Shown: positions 8,192 to 17,569 of the stretch, one piece after another
Layout: each line of letters opens with the position of its first letter
How positions within the stretch are numbered: position 1 is the stretch's first letter
Origin: an uncultured Solibacteraceae bacterium
GTDB taxonomy: Bacteria > Acidobacteriota > Terriglobia > 20CM-2-55-15
Direction of reading: 5' to 3'
Assembly: GCA_964541075.1 (NCBI GenBank)
Contig: CAZIPZ010000003.1
Span: 1 to 43,479, forward strand
DNA length: 43,479 bases
Program-made: the position numbers and the translations under genes
The notes under the pieces: generated by a model
Seen by the model: only the letters and a program-made list of their open reading frames with translations
Database searches by the model: none
What the model was told of the DNA's origin: nothing

Positions 8192-9196
8192 TCAGCCTGC
8201 GTCCTCATGTGTCAGTTTTCGAAAAACTGCTCGTTTGAGCTCCTCAAGCCCCTCTCCCGTCACCGAAGAAATCTTGATGAGTTCCAGTCGGTTTTTCTTT
8301 GCCCATCTTTCCAGGCGCTTCACCTTCTGTGGCACGGCAGCGTCCATCTTTGCCGCAACGAGTATCTTCAGTTTCTTCGGGAGGGATTCGCTGTGTTTTT
8401 CGAGTTCTGCATTGATCGTCTCAAATTCATCAACCGGATCGAGTTCACTCATCTCGGACATATCGATGAGATGAAGCAAAAGTCGCGTCCGCTCAATGTG
8501 TTTCAAAAACTGGGTTCCAAGTCCGTGTCCCAAATGCGCGCCCTCGATCAGACCCGGAATATCGGCAACGACAAAAGACTTGTCGATGTCGAACGATACG
8601 ACTCCAAGCTGAGGCTCCAACGTTGTGAACGGATAATCGGCAATTTTTGGATGAGCCGCAGAGATCCTCGAAATCAGGGTCGACTTACCGACGTTGGGGT
8701 AGCCGACCAATCCCACGTCAGCCAGCAACTTCAATTCCAGCCTCAAGTTCTTTTCTTCGCCGAACTGACCGTCCTGAGCACGCTGAGGCACACGATTTAC
8801 AGAGGAAGCGAAGTGCGCGTTGCCATGTCCTCCGCGCCCTCCTCGCGCGATCAGAATGCGCTCGCCCGGTTTCGCAAAATCGTGCAATTGCTCGCCGGTA
8901 TCCTCGTCATAGACGATGGTGCCAATGGGAACGGAGATGTCCAGGTCATCTCCGTTGCGCCCATGCCGGTTGCTTCCCTCGCCATGGCGGCCCCGGTCTG
9001 CCTTGAACATGTGCTTGAAACGAAACTTCAGCAGCGTATTTTCGTGCGGATCTGTCAGCAGATAGATGTTGCCGCCATTGCCCCCATCGCCTCCGCTCGG
9101 ACCGCCTTTGGGCACAAATTTCTCGCGGCGGAATGCGATGCATCCGTGGCCGCCATTGCCCGCTTTGACTGTGATTTTGGCTTCGTCAATAAACAT
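8192..9196 (-). CDS. obg: GTPase Obg/CgtA
   Basis: Obg fold start [19 protein letters not shown] with Gly-rich repeats. G domain motifs [18 protein letters not shown] and AAKMD. Start placed at the ATG at 9196; the ORF extends to 9223. Confidence 0.95.
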   Translation of the reverse strand: MFIDEAKITVKAGNGGHGCIAFRREKFVPKGGPSGGDGGNGGNIYLLTDPHENTLLKFRFKHMFKADRGRHGEGSNRHGRNGDDLDISVPIGTIVYDEDTGEQLHDFAKPGERILIARGGRGGHGNAHFASSVNRVPQRAQDGQFGEEKNLRLELKLLADVGLVGYPNVGKSTLISRISAAHPKIADYPFTTLEPQLGVVSFDIDKSFVVADIPGLIEGAHLGHGLGTQFLKHIERTRLLLHLIDMSEMSELDPVDEFETINAELEKHSESLPKKLKILVAAKMDAAVPQKVKRLERWAKKNRLELIKISSVTGEGLEELKRAVFRKLTHEDAG

Positions 9197-9274
9197 CTTC
9201 GTGAGTTCAAAAACAAAAGGCACAAAATGGTTTCAGACCATCTTGTGCCTCTCGCGAATCTTTGAACCTTTGCT

Positions 9275-9532
9275 CTATTCTATCGCCTGGATGCTGACGA
9301 ATTTGCCCGTGCGACCCTTGTCTTCAAAATGAACGATGCCGGGGATCTTGGCAAAGAGAGTGTCATCCTTACCGATTCCAACGTTGAGGCCGGGTTTGAA
9401 CTTTGTGCCGCGCTGGCGAACAAGGATAGACCCGCCAGTTACAACCTGTCCGGCAAAGCGTTTCACTCCGAGCCGTTGCGCATGGCTGTCGCGGCCGTTT
9501 CGTGAACTACCGACCCCTTTTTTATGAGCCAT
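9275..9532 (-). CDS. rpmA: 50S ribosomal protein L27
   Basis: [16 protein letters not shown].. is the canonical L27 N-terminus. 85 aa. Confidence 0.97.
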   Translation of the reverse strand: MAHKKGVGSSRNGRDSHAQRLGVKRFAGQVVTGGSILVRQRGTKFKPGLNVGIGKDDTLFAKIPGIVHFEDKGRTGKFVSIQAIE

Positions 9533-9543
9533 CTGACAACTCC

Positions 9544-9855
9544 TTAAACGTTAATCTTTTCGATGCGCACCGAAGTGAAGTCCTGCCGATGTCCGTGCGT
9601 CCTTCGATATTGCTTTTTTCGCTTCTTCTTGAAAACGATGATCTTCTTGGCCCGATCGTTTTCAAGAACAGTCGCTTCGATGCTGGCGTTGGAGATGAGG
9701 GGGTTGCCGACAGAGACATTGCCATCATTTTCGACCAACATGACGTTTCCGAGCTCGACCTTGGATCCGACGTCGCCAGCCAGTTTTTCAAGGCGAATCG
9801 TTTGTCCCGGCGTCACACGGTACTGTTTTCCGCCCGATCGAATTACGGCATACAT
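9544..9855 (-). CDS. rplU: 50S ribosomal protein L21
   Basis: [14 protein letters not shown] is the canonical L21 start, at the ATG at 9855. It is preceded by AGGAGGG 7 nt upstream. Confidence 0.95.
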   Translation of the reverse strand: MYAVIRSGGKQYRVTPGQTIRLEKLAGDVGSKVELGNVMLVENDGNVSVGNPLISNASIEATVLENDRAKKIIVFKKKRKKQYRRTHGHRQDFTSVRIEKINV

Positions 9856-9887
9856 GGTTGAACCCTCCTGAATTAGCACAAACGTTG

Positions 9888-9917
9888 ATTGTAAAGAGCA
9901 TATTCGACCGATGTCAA
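9888..9917 (-). promoter_or_regulatory. sigma-70-type promoter for the rplU-rpmA-obg operon (TTGACA-N18-TACAAT)
   Basis: On the minus strand, TTGACA is the reverse complement of 9912-9917 and TACAAT is the reverse complement of 9888-9893, with an 18-nt spacer. It lies about 30 nt upstream of the rplU ATG. Confidence 0.55.
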
Positions 9918-9957
9918 CGCGAAATCCGCCCGGGGAGCAGCAGCCGATGCGTCATGT

Positions 9958-10863
9958 CTACTTCCTCTTCTTTGCTTTCGGGTGTGCCTTTTCATACTCG
10001 GCCTTAAGGTGCTCGAGGCTGACGTGGGTGTACTTCTGGGTGGTGGAAAGGCTGGCATGTCCTAGAAGCTCCTGGATTGCGCGCAGATCGGCGCCCCGCT
10101 CAAGAAGATGGGTGGCGAACGAATGACGAAGGGTGTGAGGACTCATTCGCCGTCGAACCGGGAGTCGCTGTCGGGCTTTCTGGACCATCTTGCGGATAAC
10201 AGAAGCCTGAAGCCGTTGCCCTCTGATTCCAACAAAAACAGGGACCTGTCCGTCGACATCCACCCGTGTAAGTCCAGCCTGATCTCTTTCTGCGAGATAT
10301 TCCTCCAGGGAACGCGCCGCATATTCGCCAAATGGAACGACGCGCTGCTTCTTGCCCTTTCCGAGCACCCGGACGAGTCTTTGTGCGAGATCCAAATTTT
10401 CGTCATTCAACCCGACGAGTTCGCCGACGCGTAGTCCGCTGCCATACAGCATTTCCAAAATTGCTGCGTCGCGGCGCCCCTTCAGTCCGGCAGTCACGGG
10501 CGCCGCATTGAGCACCGCTTCAACCTCCTCCTCGGTCAGATGCGCTGGCAAACGCTTCGGGAGACGTGGTGAGGAAACGAGCTCTGCTGGATTCGCTTTA
10601 ATCCGACCATCGCGAAGCATGAATTTGAAGAATGTTCTCAAGCACGCAATCTTTCGCGCGACTGAACTCTTATTCAGTTTCTTTACGTAAAGATGATTGA
10701 GAAAATCGCGAATGAAAAGATGATCTACAGATTCGACGTTGGCCTTGCGAATGGCCATGAATTCTTTAAAATCGAGCAGATCTCGTCTGTAGCTCGCCAG
10801 TGTGTATTGGGAAAGCGCCCGGTTCCTCAATGCTTCAAGAAAATCCTCCAAGTGCTTTTCCAT
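9958..10863 (-). CDS. tyrosine site-specific recombinase, XerC/XerD family
   Basis: 301 aa. The catalytic region HTLRHSFATHLLERGADLRAIQELLGHASLSTTQKYTHV contains the RHR-Y tyrosine. Confidence 0.9.
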   Translation of the reverse strand: MEKHLEDFLEALRNRALSQYTLASYRRDLLDFKEFMAIRKANVESVDHLFIRDFLNHLYVKKLNKSSVARKIACLRTFFKFMLRDGRIKANPAELVSSPRLPKRLPAHLTEEEVEAVLNAAPVTAGLKGRRDAAILEMLYGSGLRVGELVGLNDENLDLAQRLVRVLGKGKKQRVVPFGEYAARSLEEYLAERDQAGLTRVDVDGQVPVFVGIRGQRLQASVIRKMVQKARQRLPVRRRMSPHTLRHSFATHLLERGADLRAIQELLGHASLSTTQKYTHVSLEHLKAEYEKAHPKAKKRK

Positions 10864-10866
10864 AGC

Positions 10867-11847
10867 TTAGTCCTCCAAAGCGAGACTCTTCACGGCATGA
10901 CGGTAGTCGTGAAGCAAGCGAAGTGAGATTGGGCCTGGCCGGCCCTTTCCGACAGGACGGCCATCAACGGTCGTGATGGGAAGAACCTCGCGCGTTGTGC
11001 TGGTCAGAAACATCTCTTCTGCACTTTCTATCTCGCCGGCCTTGAACAGTCCTTCAACCACCTGTAGTCTCATATTTCGCGCCAGATCGAGCACGACCCC
11101 ACGTGTAATCCCTTCGACAATGCCGGCCTCGTGGGATGGCGTCTTTAGCAATCCGTCGCGAACAAAGTAGACATTGCTCGTAATACCGTCCGAAAGACAT
11201 CCGTCCGCCGTTAGCAATATTGCTTCGAACGCACCAGAGGCTTTGGCCTCCTGAAAGGCGAGAACCTGATGAATCAAGCTGCCTGTTTTGAGATCGGCGA
11301 ACGGCTCACCGCGACGAACCGTTGAAATCACCACGCTGACTCCTTGATCGTATAAGGCCTCAGGCAGATCGCTCAGGGGCGCTACGATAATAATGGATCG
11401 GGGGTCACGGCAGGTCTCGATGTCCAGGCTTAAGTCGGAGGCGCCGCGAGTTACGACGACTCGAATTCGGCATTCACCGGCCCCGGGCAGGGCGTTTACA
11501 GTTCGCAGGATTTCTTCTCTGGTCTTGTCTCGATGCCATGGAAGATTGAGACGAACTCCGCGGGCGGAGTGCTCCAGCCGTGCAAAGTGTCGTGAAAAAA
11601 GAAAAGGGCGACGATTATACGTTCGAAGAGTTTCGTAAACGCTGTCTCCGAATAGTAATCCGTGATCGAGAATTGAGATTCGCGCTTCTTCAGGATTGGT
11701 GATCAGACCGTCGATGTTAATGCGGATAGGACCCCCAATCTTCAGACTTGCATTGAACCAAGTTGTGCAGCGCTCGCTCACAGAGCAGGCGCTGTTTCTC
11801 CGCCTTAACGGTGCGCTTGGGCGCAATAATCGGCGGAAGAAGTCCAA
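10867..11847 (-). CDS. class IV (fold type IV) aminotransferase: branched-chain / D-amino-acid aminotransferase or aminodeoxychorismate lyase family
   Basis: Typical fold-IV segments (ISILDHGLLFGDSVYETLR, RIRVVVTRG, GITRGVVLDLA, EMFLTSTTREV.PI). The start is unresolved. No in-frame ATG exists, and the TTG/GTG candidates overlap trmFO. Confidence 0.78.
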   Translation of the reverse strand: MDFFRRLLRPSAPLRRRNSACSVSERCTTWFNASLKIGGPIRINIDGLITNPEEARISILDHGLLFGDSVYETLRTYNRRPFLFSRHFARLEHSARGVRLNLPWHRDKTREEILRTVNALPGAGECRIRVVVTRGASDLSLDIETCRDPRSIIIVAPLSDLPEALYDQGVSVVISTVRRGEPFADLKTGSLIHQVLAFQEAKASGAFEAILLTADGCLSDGITSNVYFVRDGLLKTPSHEAGIVEGITRGVVLDLARNMRLQVVEGLFKAGEIESAEEMFLTSTTREVLPITTVDGRPVGKGRPGPISLRLLHDYRHAVKSLALED

Positions 11848-13042
11848 AATTGATGTTCATGGGAGCGAAGTGTTTTTGCGGCGTGGAGATGTATCGGCAA
11901 AGGGCGCCAATGGCCGTTTCGGGCGGAAGTGTGACTGGCTCCTGACCGCGAACGCGCCGCAAAGCATTCAGTCCCGACACCAGCCCGGAAGCGATGTTTT
12001 CAATGTAGCCTTCGGTGCCGGCCAGTTGTCCCGCAAAGAAAATACGAGGATCGCGCCGCGCAGCCATCGTCGGAAGAAGCGCATCCGGAGCATTGATATA
12101 CGTATTGCGATGGATCTGACCCAAACGCAGAAATTCTGCGTTGTGCAGCCCGGGAATCATTCGGAAAATTCGTTTTTGTTCGGGGAACATCAGGTGATTC
12201 TGAAATCCAACCATGTTGTAGCTGGACTGCATCAAGTCCTCTTGTCGAAGTTGCACGGCTGCGTAGGGTGTTCGTCCTGTCCGCGGATCCTCTAATCCGA
12301 CAGGCCGCATTGGACCGAATCTTAGTGTGTCACGGCCCCGCCTAGCGAGTTCTTCGATCGGAAGACACGATTCGAAGTAGCACGCTTCCTCGAACTCATG
12401 AAGAACCACACTTTGCGCTGAAATCAATGCATCATAAAAAGCGTCATATTGCTCCTTGTTCATCGGGCAGTTGATGTAGTCTTCCGATGCTTTTCCGTAC
12501 CGGCTCGCTCGATAGATCTGGTTCTGATCAATGGATTCAGCGTCGAGGATCGGACTGATCGCATCATAAAAATAGAGATGGTCGGCTCCGCAGAATTCAC
12601 GAATGGATCGTGATAAGGATTCTGAGGTGAGCGGACCGCTGGCGACAATTACCGTTCCTTCGGCCGGAATTTCAAGGACCTCTTCACGCCTCAATTCGAT
12701 CTTTGGTTCGGCTAAGATCGAATCGGTCACGCGTGACGAAAATCGCTCGCGATCCACGGCAAGCGCTGTCCCAGCTGGAACGCGCACGGAGTCCGCAATA
12801 GCCAGCAGCACCGACCCGAGGCGACGCAGTTCCTCCTTCAGCAGCCATGACGCGTTGTAGGGTTGATCTGATTTGAGGGAGTTGCTGCAGACAATTTCCG
12901 CAAGGCGGTCGGTCTGGTGCGCCGGGGTCCTTTTGATGGGACGCATTTCGTAGAGGCGGACCTTCTCGCCTCGCCGGGCGATCTGGAATGCGGCTTCGCA
13001 CCCGGCCAGACCGCCGCCAATGACGGTTATGGCGTCATCCAT
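11717..13042 (-). CDS. trmFO: methylenetetrahydrofolate--tRNA-(uracil-5-)-methyltransferase
   Basis: 441 aa. FAD-binding start VIGGGLAGCEAA and a GidA-like core (FFAGQLAGTEGY.E). Confidence 0.92.
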   Translation of the reverse strand: MDDAITVIGGGLAGCEAAFQIARRGEKVRLYEMRPIKRTPAHQTDRLAEIVCSNSLKSDQPYNASWLLKEELRRLGSVLLAIADSVRVPAGTALAVDRERFSSRVTDSILAEPKIELRREEVLEIPAEGTVIVASGPLTSESLSRSIREFCGADHLYFYDAISPILDAESIDQNQIYRASRYGKASEDYINCPMNKEQYDAFYDALISAQSVVLHEFEEACYFESCLPIEELARRGRDTLRFGPMRPVGLEDPRTGRTPYAAVQLRQEDLMQSSYNMVGFQNHLMFPEQKRIFRMIPGLHNAEFLRLGQIHRNTYINAPDALLPTMAARRDPRIFFAGQLAGTEGYIENIASGLVSGLNALRRVRGQEPVTLPPETAIGALCRYISTPQKHFAPMNINFGLLPPIIAPKRTVKAEKQRLLCERALHNLVQCKSEDWGSYPH

Positions 13043-13051
13043 GAGGTTAGT

Positions 13052-13894
13052 CTACGACATGAAAAATTTCAGGAACGTCGAAATGAACGCCTTCATGTCC
13101 TTGCGATGCACAATCGCGTCGACCATTCCGTGCTCGAGAAGGAACTCGCTCCTCTGGAAACCTTCGGGTAGCTTTTGACGGATCGTCTGTTCAATGACTC
13201 GTGGGCCGGCGAATCCAATCAAGGCGCCCGGTTCCGCAACATTCAGGTCGCCGAGCATTGCAAAGCTCGCCGTGACGCCGCCTGTGGTTGGATCCGTAAG
13301 AACGGATATGTAAGGAAGTTTCTCTTTGTCGAGACGAGCCAGCGCTGATGAAATCTTCGCCATCTGCATGAGGCTGAACACGCCTTCCTGCATGCGCGCT
13401 CCTCCGGAACAGGATACGATGACCAGCGCAGATCGCGTTTTTAGAGCCTGTTCAATTGATCGAGTGATCTTTTCGCCAACGACGGACCCCATGGAGCCGC
13501 CGATGAAACTATATTCCATGGCCGACAGTACGACTGGAAAGCCGTCGAGAGTTCCACTGCTATTCACAACTGCGTCACGGACGCCCACCTTCGAAGGCAA
13601 TGTCTCGATGCTTTCTTTGTATGGCTTGATGGCCTTGAACTGGAGCGGATCCGTCGAGTAAAGAGCCGTTTCGTGCTCCGCCCATCCGGAATCCAAGAGG
13701 AGTTTGATCCGTTCGTATGCGGAAATCTTGTAGTGATAACTACACTTCGGACAGACCTGAATATTGGCTTCGAGGTCCTTCTTCCACAACGGCTCTTTGC
13801 AGCCGGCGCATTTGATCCACAAGCCCTCTGTCACGACCCGCCTGTCTTCGTCGGTGGGCTCCATGCGCTTCTGTTCGCGTTTGAACCAGGTCAT
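13052..13894 (-). CDS. accD: acetyl-CoA carboxylase carboxyltransferase beta subunit
   Basis: N-terminal zinc ribbon (CAGCKE..CPKCSYHY) followed by the carboxyltransferase domain (FIGGSMGSVVGEK). Confidence 0.95.
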   Translation of the reverse strand: MTWFKREQKRMEPTDEDRRVVTEGLWIKCAGCKEPLWKKDLEANIQVCPKCSYHYKISAYERIKLLLDSGWAEHETALYSTDPLQFKAIKPYKESIETLPSKVGVRDAVVNSSGTLDGFPVVLSAMEYSFIGGSMGSVVGEKITRSIEQALKTRSALVIVSCSGGARMQEGVFSLMQMAKISSALARLDKEKLPYISVLTDPTTGGVTASFAMLGDLNVAEPGALIGFAGPRVIEQTIRQKLPEGFQRSEFLLEHGMVDAIVHRKDMKAFISTFLKFFMS

Positions 13895-13940
13895 AAGCGA
13901 ATCATCATACCGTAAACACCAATAAGGACTTTGAAATTCA

Positions 13941-15254
13941 TCACTGTGGCTGCGGAACAGGAAGGTTCCTCAAGCGGGAAACGGTGCGCTGTTTGCCGAG
14001 AAGTACGATAACGTCAAAGATCCCGGGAGCTGTGCTTTGTCCGGTCAACGCAACGCGCGCCGCGTTAATGAGAACGCCGCCCTTCACGCCAAGTTCGGTT
14101 GCAAGACCCCGCAGCGTCGATTCAACGGCCTCCAGCGTAAAGTCTCCGGTTGCTTCGAGCCGGCCTGCGAGAAGCTTCAAATGCTCACGTACTTGTGGAT
14201 CGCGCAAAAATTTTTGCACTGCCGCGGCATCATAATCATCGACCTCGGGTTTCAAGAAAATCCGCGATTGTCTTGCAAAGTCATGCAACACCTTGGAGCG
14301 CGGCCGCAGCAGGTCCAGGAGTGACTCAAACCAGTTGCCTTCTTCGCTGAGCAGTGAATCCCGCCATAGTCCGGCTTCCACAAAAATCGGTTTGACGGAC
14401 TCCGCGAGACGCGGATACGGCAAAGCAGCCAAGTACTGAGCGTTGAACCACATTAACTTGTCCGGGTTGAAAACAGCATTAGCTTTCGAGACTCCCTCCA
14501 GAGAGAAAGCTTTCGTTAGTTCCTGCTCGCTGAAAATTTCCTGATCCGTGCCAGGAGACCAACCCAGCAGTGCTAAAAAGTTCCGAAGCGCTTCGGGGAG
14601 TATTCCCTGATCTCGATAAGCAGTTACTGAGGTGGCGCCGTGGCGTTTGCTCAAGCGGGTTTTGTCCGGTCCCAGAATCAGCGGGAGATGAGCAAATACC
14701 GGGGGATCAGACCCTAAAGCACGGTAGAGCAAGATCTGCTTGGGTGTGTTCGAAATGTGATCCGCGCCCCGAATTACGTGGCTGATACGCATGTCGAGGT
14801 CATCGACCACGACGCTAAGGTGATAGGTTGGATGGCCATCGGACCGTAGCAGTACAAAGTTTTCAATCGTGTCGCTGTCGATTCTAATTTCGCCGAAGAC
14901 CTCATCCTTGAATGTCACTCTGCCATCAGGTGTTCTGAATCGAACTGCGCCGTCATCGTGGTACGCGCGCCCTCCACGCACGAGGCGCTCGGCGGCTTCC
15001 TGATACTTCTCCAACCGCTTCGACTGGTAGTAGGGCCCCTCATCCCAGTTCAAGCCGAGCCAAGTCATCGCTTCGAGAATGCCTTGTGTCATTTCTTCGC
15101 TGGAGCGCTCAGCATCCGTGTCCTCGATTCGAAGAATGAAGACGCCGTTGTGCTTTCTTGCAAACAGCCAGTCGAACAGCGCGGTCCTGGCGCCGCCAAC
15201 GTGCAGATAGCCGGTAGGAGAAGGTGCGAAGCGAACCCGTATGGATGGATTCAC
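13941..15254 (-). CDS. gltX: glutamate--tRNA ligase
   Basis: RFAPSPTGYLHVGGARTALF (the HIGH-type motif) and KLSKRHG (the KMSKS-type motif). Confidence 0.92.
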   Translation of the reverse strand: MNPSIRVRFAPSPTGYLHVGGARTALFDWLFARKHNGVFILRIEDTDAERSSEEMTQGILEAMTWLGLNWDEGPYYQSKRLEKYQEAAERLVRGGRAYHDDGAVRFRTPDGRVTFKDEVFGEIRIDSDTIENFVLLRSDGHPTYHLSVVVDDLDMRISHVIRGADHISNTPKQILLYRALGSDPPVFAHLPLILGPDKTRLSKRHGATSVTAYRDQGILPEALRNFLALLGWSPGTDQEIFSEQELTKAFSLEGVSKANAVFNPDKLMWFNAQYLAALPYPRLAESVKPIFVEAGLWRDSLLSEEGNWFESLLDLLRPRSKVLHDFARQSRIFLKPEVDDYDAAAVQKFLRDPQVREHLKLLAGRLEATGDFTLEAVESTLRGLATELGVKGGVLINAARVALTGQSTAPGIFDVIVLLGKQRTVSRLRNLPVPQPQ

Positions 15255-16507
15255 TGGCTGAGCTTGCGCAGGGCTGAGACTGCCTCGCGAACCACAACGA
15301 CGTCGGAATCCTTGGTTAGCGGGCGAATTTGATCTGCCGACGATTGATCCCCGATGTCGCCGATGATTCGCACCACGCCGGCGCGCACCTTGGGATTCGT
15401 GCTGCCCAGGTATCGATACAGTTCGGGAGTTTTACCTTCAAACTTGCCGAGTTCGTACAAATACACTTCAACCTGGTATGCATTGCGGCTGTCGAGCGCA
15501 TTCGCGAGGTCATTAATGTATTCGTTCTGACCGGAGGAGACGAGGACAAAAGCCAGAGCATTTTTGACGTTCGGTTTTTTTTCACGCGCAAAGCGATCTT
15601 TGAGGCCTATTCCATCGTAGTTGAGTCGGGCAAGTCCTTCCGCGGCTAATTCGCGATAGTAGTCTTCGGGATTATCCAGCAACGATTCGAATAGAGGTCT
15701 TGCGCCTTCGTCTCGAAGAAGCGCGAGCGATTCGAGCGCCCGGTTCTTCAAACGACGATCACGTTCCGTCCGGAAAGTGTTTTCAAGGACAGGCCGAGCC
15801 GCCGTGTGGCCCACGAGACCTACAGAAAGAAGGGCTTCTTCCACTACACGCCGATCCGGATCCCGCAGCGTCCGTTCCAGCGCCGGACCGCTCGCTGGAT
15901 CACGAATGAGCCCGAGAGTCCGCACAACCTCTAGGCGTACATTGATGTGCTCGCGATTTTGGGGATCCTCCAGGACTCCAATCAGTGAGGGAACCTGATC
16001 TTTGCTCTTAAGCGATCCGAGAGCCCGCGCCGCTTCAGAACGCACTTCGTCATCAAAGTCTTTTTGCATTGCCAGCGCCAAAGACGAACTGACGCCAACG
16101 TCCACCGTTGTTCCGGCTGCAATCATTGGGCGATCTTCAGCAAAAAACAAACTTCGGGCTCGGTTGAAGATCGTACGAATCGGTCCCGTTTCTTCGATCG
16201 GAATGTACAAGCGAAGCAAAGAATCGATGGCCTGGAGCCGGACTGTTTTATCAAGGTCGGACTTCAGCGTTTCCGCCAGAACCGGAATCACGTCTGGATG
16301 TCGAATGCGGCCCAATGCCGCCACCATCTTCGCTCGAACGTCGCTTTTGGATTCCTTTTTTATCGCGTTGGCGAGCGCAGGAATGACCTCCTTATTTCCG
16401 GGCCTGGCCATCGCTTCAATTGCCGCTTCGCGTTCTTTGGGACTCGGACTGTCCAGCGATGGGTTCTGAAACAAAAGCAGGGCTAGGAGAACTTGAAGAG
16501 GAAACAT
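15251..16507 (-). CDS. HEAT-repeat protein with N-terminal signal-like segment
   Basis: Repeated ..VR..A..ALG.I....(A/V)IP.L.. units typical of HEAT/PBS-lyase repeats. Hydrophobic N-terminus MFPLQVLLALLLF. Its stop overlaps the gltX start by 4 nt. Confidence 0.7.
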   Translation of the reverse strand: MFPLQVLLALLLFQNPSLDSPSPKEREAAIEAMARPGNKEVIPALANAIKKESKSDVRAKMVAALGRIRHPDVIPVLAETLKSDLDKTVRLQAIDSLLRLYIPIEETGPIRTIFNRARSLFFAEDRPMIAAGTTVDVGVSSSLALAMQKDFDDEVRSEAARALGSLKSKDQVPSLIGVLEDPQNREHINVRLEVVRTLGLIRDPASGPALERTLRDPDRRVVEEALLSVGLVGHTAARPVLENTFRTERDRRLKNRALESLALLRDEGARPLFESLLDNPEDYYRELAAEGLARLNYDGIGLKDRFAREKKPNVKNALAFVLVSSGQNEYINDLANALDSRNAYQVEVYLYELGKFEGKTPELYRYLGSTNPKVRAGVVRIIGDIGDQSSADQIRPLTKDSDVVVVREAVSALRKLSQ

Positions 16508-16555
16508 ATCGCTATTGTAGTCATCTTGAGGTGAGATAGCACAGCCTGAGCGAAA

Positions 16556-17497
16556 TTATCTCGAATCCCACGCGCCAAAGTGGCAGTTGCATGAGTCGAA
16601 GACCTCTTCATTTCCGGCCGGTTCTTCGATTTGGATCGTCGTGTGATCAATCCGGAATTGCTGGCGGGCGATAGAATTCACGCGACTCAGAATCTCGGCC
16701 CGCTTGAATTGATCACCATCGACCACAACATGGCAGCTCATGGCGAGAACGCCCGACGTTAAGGTCCACACATGAAGATCGTGGACTGATCCTACACCTG
16801 CCACAAGACCGAGTTCTTCCCTCAAGCTGACGATGTTGATGTGTGAGGGCGTGCTCTCCAATAGAATGTCTACGGCGTCGCGTATCAAGATCCAGGAACT
16901 GGAAAGAATGAGAAACGCGACGAGGACGCTGATCACCGAATCGACGACGCTGGCTCCCCATACAATTATTGCAATACTGGCGAGAATCGCTCCGACTGAA
17001 CCGATAGCGTCGCTCAATACGTGAAAGAAAGCGCCTCGGACATTGAGACTTTGGTGACGTTTTCCAAACAGCAGGTATGCGCTTGCCAGATTTACCAATA
17101 AGCCGGCTGAAGCAACCACCAGCATCCAGTCCGCTTTCACCGTCGGTGGATCCAGGAACCGCATGTATGCCTCGTAAAAAATGTAAAGCGCGACGAGAAC
17201 GAGAAAGACTCCGTTCAGCAGTGCAGCGAGAATTTCGACGCGGTAAAAGCCGTAGGTTTTGCTTGGAGTGGCGCGCCTCGTGGAGAACCACATTGCGAAA
17301 AAACTAAGCCCTAACGCTGCCACATCCGTGAGCATGTGGCCCGCATCTGCCAGGAGCGCCAGGGAATTGGTATACAGGGCGCCAATGAATTCCGCGACCA
17401 GGAACGCGGCGGTCAGGATCAAAGCCAACTTCAGGCTTCCACGAGCGCTCTGTCTATCTTCATGAAGATGAGCATGAGTGTGCCCGTGGTGATCCAT
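16556..17497 (-). CDS. cation diffusion facilitator (CzcD/ZitB-like) divalent-metal efflux transporter
   Basis: His-rich start MDHHGHTHAHLHE at the ATG at 17497, six predicted TM segments, and CDF signatures (HMLTDVAAL, HVLSDAIGS, VHDLHVWTL). The upstream 273 nt of the ORF is rejected as coding. Confidence 0.88.
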   Translation of the reverse strand: MDHHGHTHAHLHEDRQSARGSLKLALILTAAFLVAEFIGALYTNSLALLADAGHMLTDVAALGLSFFAMWFSTRRATPSKTYGFYRVEILAALLNGVFLVLVALYIFYEAYMRFLDPPTVKADWMLVVASAGLLVNLASAYLLFGKRHQSLNVRGAFFHVLSDAIGSVGAILASIAIIVWGASVVDSVISVLVAFLILSSSWILIRDAVDILLESTPSHINIVSLREELGLVAGVGSVHDLHVWTLTSGVLAMSCHVVVDGDQFKRAEILSRVNSIARQQFRIDHTTIQIEEPAGNEEVFDSCNCHFGAWDSR

Positions 17498-17569
17498 AGC
17501 CCAGATATTATAATGAGTGCATTGGCCTGTTATAATACGCGATTTTCTCGCGCTGATTGAGGTCGGAAG

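Noticed and set aside
8207-9265. 352-aa ORF on the plus strand
   Set aside because: It lies entirely antisense to obg, whose protein has unmistakable Obg/GTPase motifs. The antisense product is Arg/Ser/Cys-rich with no motifs. This is a typical shadow ORF in moderately GC-rich DNA.
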